Source: a virus (lineage: Duplodnaviria > Caudoviricetes). Taken from it: a stretch of 60,067 bases of DNA. Shown here one piece after another: positions 56,158 through 60,067 of this stretch. Both the position numbers and the translations under genes were made by a program. How positions within the stretch are numbered: the stretch's first letter is position 1; each line of letters starts with the position of its first letter. The stretch spans positions 1 through 60,067 of IMG/VR virus record IMGVR_UViG_3300034523_000297. One strand, 5' to 3'. The notes below the pieces were generated by a model. The model was not told the DNA's origin. It ran no database searches and was given only the letters and a program-made list of their open reading frames with translations.

Positions 56158-56338
56158 GTCGGCCTCCTACGATTTTAGTTGTATGCCACGGGTGAACTCT
56201 CACCATAGCCAAAGCGAGGCGAGACGCAATCTCGGTATCGCAGCTTGAGAACTGAATCGGACCACCGGCCGATTTTCTTGTACCGAACCCAACCACTTGT
56301 ACAACTTACTGCCGCGATATGGCGGCCAAGGAATCATC

Positions 56339-56677
56339 GTGCCCGAAGAAAAGAACCTGGATCACGAACTGCTGAAGCTGGCCGCCAAGGGTGGTGGCTT
56401 GGATATCGAGCCCTGCACCTGCCGCGACCCGAAATGGCCGTTCCGCCTGAAAGGCCAGTCCGGCGTGCGAGGCCACTGGAATCCGCTAATCAATGACGGT
56501 GATGCGCTGAAACTGGCGGTTGAGCTTCGCCTGAACATCGAAATCAACGCCGGTGGCGTCGATGTCTACAGCGGTGACCTGGATGATGGCCTGTATTTGC
56601 CTGTCTCCGGCGATCTTCGAGAATGCACGCGCCGAGCCATTGTTCACGCTGCTGCCAAAGTCGGAGAGCTGCCATGA
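56339..56677 (+). CDS. Hypothetical phage protein
   Basis: AAGGA RBS, GTG start; WNPL..DGDAL.LA and TRRAIV.AAA motifs. Confidence 0.6.
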   Translation: MPEEKNLDHELLKLAAKGGGLDIEPCTCRDPKWPFRLKGQSGVRGHWNPLINDGDALKLAVELRLNIEINAGGVDVYSGDLDDGLYLPVSGDLRECTRRAIVHAAAKVGELP

Positions 56678-56940
56678 CCCGCCTCGCCCTCTGCCTCCTG
56701 CTGCTGGCCACCGGCGCCAGCGCAGGCCAATTGCCCAAAGGTGTCAGCGTCTTCCATGACGACGAGCGCGGCGCAACCTGCTGGACATTCGGCTTCGACT
56801 GGCGCGGCGGCATCAGCTGCATCCCCGACAGCCAGCTGCAGGCCGGCAACGAGCGCCAGCTCTCCCCGCACGAAACCCAACCCGAACCTACACCAGCTCT
56901 GGCGCCTGGGCGCTGGATTGATGAGAGGTATGAGCTGTGA
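56674..56940 (+). CDS. Small secreted hypothetical protein
   Basis: Signal peptide MTRLALCLLLLATGASA; HDDERGATCW motif. Confidence 0.6.
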   Translation: MTRLALCLLLLATGASAGQLPKGVSVFHDDERGATCWTFGFDWRGGISCIPDSQLQAGNERQLSPHETQPEPTPALAPGRWIDERYEL

Positions 56941-57503
56941 GCAAGATCGATTGGAGCAAGGCGCCCGAGTGGGCAGAAGGCCACGGCTTGGTCGCCCACC
57001 ACGGTATCACCGAAGTGTGGCTCAGCATGGACCAGTACGCCGTGGTCGGCGCCGAGGATCGCGCCTATCCCTACGGCGGCGGCACCGGCGATCACCGGCA
57101 CAACTTCACCCGGGGCCAGGTGCAGTACATCACGCCCCGCCCTGGGCAATGGGACGGCACAGGACTCCCGCCAGTAGGAACGGTGTGCGAACGAAGGTTC
57201 CATGATAATGAAGGAAGCAGTTGGCAGCGCGTCACGGTCACCGCCCACGGTCACAAGAAAATCATGTGCCTAGAAGAAACGGGTGATGAGTGGGCCCACT
57301 TTGGGCTGGAAGTTTCCTTCCGGCCTGCCCGCACGCCCGAGCAGATCGCCGCGAATGAGCGTCTGCACAAGCTCCGTAACGCTCACACTGCCATAGCAAG
57401 AACGCTTGAGTCTTTCCGGGGCGATATCCCCGCAGAGGCAGTTTCCCGGCAGGTGATCGAGGCGATGATCGACGCCGGCTACAGTAAGCAGGTGGCGCCA
57501 TGA
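56937..57503 (+). CDS. Hypothetical phage protein
   Basis: IDWSKAPE and WDGTGLPPVGTVCE motifs. Confidence 0.65.
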   Translation: MSKIDWSKAPEWAEGHGLVAHHGITEVWLSMDQYAVVGAEDRAYPYGGGTGDHRHNFTRGQVQYITPRPGQWDGTGLPPVGTVCERRFHDNEGSSWQRVTVTAHGHKKIMCLEETGDEWAHFGLEVSFRPARTPEQIAANERLHKLRNAHTAIARTLESFRGDIPAEAVSRQVIEAMIDAGYSKQVAP

Positions 57504-57786
57504 TCGCCCTCGCCTACATGGCCTACCTGATCTACAAAGGCCCGCGACCATGAAAGCGCGCATGACCTACTGGAACGGCTCCTGGTGGTGCCGGAGGATG
57601 GGGTGCACCGGCCAGGGCTCAACGATGAAAGAGGCCTGGGACGACATGTGGAGCCTCTACTTCGAGGCTGTCCGCCCCGCTCGCCCGCAGACGTTCCACT
57701 CGTCGCGCGTCCGCTGCGGCTGATTCCAGCCTAACCCCTCCCCCAACTACTCAAGCCCGCCGACATGCGCGGGCGAGGATTCTGCA

Positions 57787-58520
57787 TGCTCGAAAACATC
57801 GAGGTGGTGCGCATCAAGCGCTTCGCCACAAACACGGCTGGCCGCGATTTCGCGGTCGGCGACATCCATGGGCACTTCACCCGGCTGCAGTCTGCCCTGG
57901 ACGCGGCCGGATTCGATCCGGCGGTTGACAGGCTGTTCAGCGCCGGCGATCTGGTCGACCGCGGGCCAGAGTGCCGCGACGTGCTCGAATGGCTGGCCAA
58001 GCCCTGGTTCCACCCGGTGCGCGGCAACCACGACGACTACGTCTGCCGATTCGACACCTGCGACGTAGACAACTGGGTCTACAACGGCGGCGCCTGGTTC
58101 GCCGGCCTGGCCTGGGACGAACAGCGCGAGTTCGCCGCCCAGTTCCGCGAGCTGCCGATCGCAATTGAGGTAGAGACCGCCGAGGGCCTGGTCGGCATCG
58201 TGCATGCCGACTGCCCTTTCCCGTCCTGGGACGAGTTGCGCGCCAGGCTTGAGGCGCCCGAGAGCGCAAAACAGCTCAAGCTGACCCAGAACACCTGCAT
58301 GTGGTCGCGCAGCCGAGTTCAGGATGGCGACAAAGAGGGTGTCGACGGCCTTCGCGCACTGGTGTGTGGCCATACCCCACTACGCCAGCCGGCCGTCCTC
58401 GGCAATGTCTACCACATCGATACCGCCGGCTGGATGGATGGTCACTTCACCCTGCTGGAGCTTGGCTCTCTCCAGTGCACACCACCAATCAAGCCAGGCG
58501 TCAGCCACGACTGGGACTGA
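57787..58520 (+). CDS. Ser/Thr protein phosphatase (lambda NinI/PphA-like metallophosphoesterase)
   Basis: GDIHG, GDLVDRG, RGNH, GHT and IDT motifs; ATG MLENI at about 57786 (ORF track start 57765). Confidence 0.92.
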
Positions 58521-58535
58521 CCAAGGAGACCATCC

Positions 58536-58712
58536 ATGAACCTGATCGACTGCTACGTCACGAAGATCCTCGGCGAGCCGTACCGCAAGTTCGGCGCCTG
58601 GTGGGTCGACGCCAAATACGAGGCCTATGGCCGCATCAGCAAAACCCGGCTCATGTTCCGCACCGAGGAAGCCGCCCGGGCGGCGCAAGTCGGATACCAC
58701 TTCACGGCCTGA
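58536..58712 (+). CDS. Small hypothetical protein
   Basis: AAGGAG RBS; MNLIDCYVTKILGEPY. Confidence 0.55.
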   Translation: MNLIDCYVTKILGEPYRKFGAWWVDAKYEAYGRISKTRLMFRTEEAARAAQVGYHFTA

Positions 58713-58724
58713 GGAGGCCCAGCC

Positions 58725-59003
58725 ATGGTCCGATACAAGACCGTCGAACAGTTCTCCCGCGAATCCGGCTACACACCGGACGCCATAAGGACCAAAATTC
58801 GCGACGGCAAATGGCCGAAGCACATGGTCTGGCGTAAAGCGCCCGACGGAAGAATCCTAATTGACGTTGAGGGGTATTACTCATGGGTAGAGATGGGGGA
58901 GGCGTCAGGCCCGCGTCTTCAAGTAGTATCGAAATCACATTCCAATACCAGGGCGTCCGGTGCCGGGAGCGGGTCCAGCTCAAGCCCACCGCCGCTAACC
59001 TGA
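58725..59003 (+). CDS. xis: Excisionase
   Basis: Basic HTH-like protein (GYTPDAIRTKIRDGKW, KAPDGRILID) overlapping int. Confidence 0.85.
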   Translation: MVRYKTVEQFSRESGYTPDAIRTKIRDGKWPKHMVWRKAPDGRILIDVEGYYSWVEMGEASGPRLQVVSKSHSNTRASGAGSGSSSSPPPLT

Positions 59004-60067
59004 AAAAGGCGGAGCAGCACAAGTCTGCAATCGAGTATGCCATATCAAATGGCACATTCGATTACGCCGCCACATTCCCGCGATCAAAGCGCGCCGCCCA
59101 GTTTGCCAGGGCCAGCTCAAACCAGAATGTCGGCGTCTACCTGGACGAATGGCTGGAGCGGAAAACGAAGACCTTCAAATCGAGCACCACGGCCCTATAC
59201 CGGTCAATCATCAGATCGATACTCAAGCCAATGTTTGGGGATCTGTCGCTCGGAGAGCTCAACAAGAAGGTAATCAAGGATCAGTTGTCCGATTACCAAG
59301 TTTCGAACAGTAGGCTGACCACAGTTCAGACCTGCTTTCGGTCGGCGCTCAATGACGCGGTAGAGGACGAAATCATTGAGAGCAACCCGCTTTCGGGGTG
59401 GGCATACAAGAATCGGGAGGAGATCAAGGAGGAGGATGACGTAGATCCGTTCACCCGGGAGGAGCAGGAGGCCCTGCTCAGGGCGGCGCGGGGGGAGACG
59501 TGGGCTCAGCTGCAGTTCGCGTTCTGGACGGGCCTTCGTCCTAGTGAGCTAATCGCGCTGGAGTGGGGGGATATTGATTGGATCGCTGGGGAAATCCGAA
59601 TTGTTCGGGCCAAGACCAGGGCTGCCAAGGTTCCCGAGTCGACCAAAACCGCATCTAGCAGGAGAACGGTTAAGCTGCTTGGCCCTGCAAGAGAGGCGCT
59701 GCTCAAGCAGAAGGAACTGACCTTCCTGGCCGGAAAGCATGTGTTCCTGAACACCATCACTGGCGAACCATGGCGACATGCCGGCTACATCTACCGAGTG
59801 ATTTGGGTTCCCGCAATGAAAAAAGCGGGCGTGCGGTGGCGTCGCCCTTACCAGAGCCGACACACATACGCCTCGATGATGCTCAGCGCTGGCGAAAATC
59901 CAATGTGGGTTGCTCAGCAAATGGGCCACAAAGACTGGACCATGATCGCCAAGGTTTATGGTCGCTGGATGCCCTCTGCTGACGTGGGAGCCGGAGGTCG
60001 CGCAGAGGCTCTTTTTGCAAGTAATGCCAGCGTTATGACAACATCATCTCTAGACCCCGCGTTGTAA
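58883..60067 (+). CDS. int: Tyrosine integrase with Arm DNA-binding domain
   Basis: TGLRPSEL, KT, YQSRHTYAS, QMGH and VYGRW catalytic motifs. Confidence 0.96.
   Translation: MGRDGGGVRPASSSSIEITFQYQGVRCRERVQLKPTAANLKKAEQHKSAIEYAISNGTFDYAATFPRSKRAAQFARASSNQNVGVYLDEWLERKTKTFKSSTTALYRSIIRSILKPMFGDLSLGELNKKVIKDQLSDYQVSNSRLTTVQTCFRSALNDAVEDEIIESNPLSGWAYKNREEIKEEDDVDPFTREEQEALLRAARGETWAQLQFAFWTGLRPSELIALEWGDIDWIAGEIRIVRAKTRAAKVPESTKTASSRRTVKLLGPAREALLKQKELTFLAGKHVFLNTITGEPWRHAGYIYRVIWVPAMKKAGVRWRRPYQSRHTYASMMLSAGENPMWVAQQMGHKDWTMIAKVYGRWMPSADVGAGGRAEALFASNASVMTTSSLDPAL

Larger units (their letters stand above)
1..60067. mobile_element. Lambda-like temperate siphovirus prophage (Pseudomonas), near complete; att sites not in window
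   Basis: Ordered modules: lysis, tail (tape measure, tube, chaperones), head (capsid, scaffold, portal, terminase), Q/nin, replication, cro/cI, recombination, xis/int. Confidence 0.97.

Noticed and set aside
59990-60067. attL/attR core repeats
   Set aside because: The window ends at the int stop codon and begins at a gene stop codon; no matching terminal repeat was seen

Overview
The window is an essentially complete lambda-like temperate siphophage prophage of a Pseudomonas host (inferred from PagL, DUF1654 and the phage gene families). It runs from SOS-regulated cargo and lysis genes at the left end, through tail, head and packaging genes, holin, the Q/nin region and replication genes (mostly minus strand), to the cro/cI switch, an ATPase-TOPRIM + adenine methylase cassette, the PL early operon, xis and int at the right end. 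The att sites fall outside the window. The standout feature lies between the tape measure and tail chaperone genes (14166-17235). It is an immI-like operon (Arc-like repressor, antirepressor) that continues into a stand-alone 191-aa Cas7/RAMP-like gene and a partner gene. These are followed by two non-coding units, each a conserved double-hairpin leader plus a strict period-5 (NN-GGY)n array with variable dinucleotides, ending in an intrinsic terminator. This looks like a compact, CRISPR-array-independent RNA-guided system. Other accessory cargo includes pagL, a YafO-like toxin pair, a GhoS-like gene, two LexA-boxed loci, an SGNH-esterase tail spike and a tRNA-like element. All protein family calls come from motif recognition by eye; no database searches were run.
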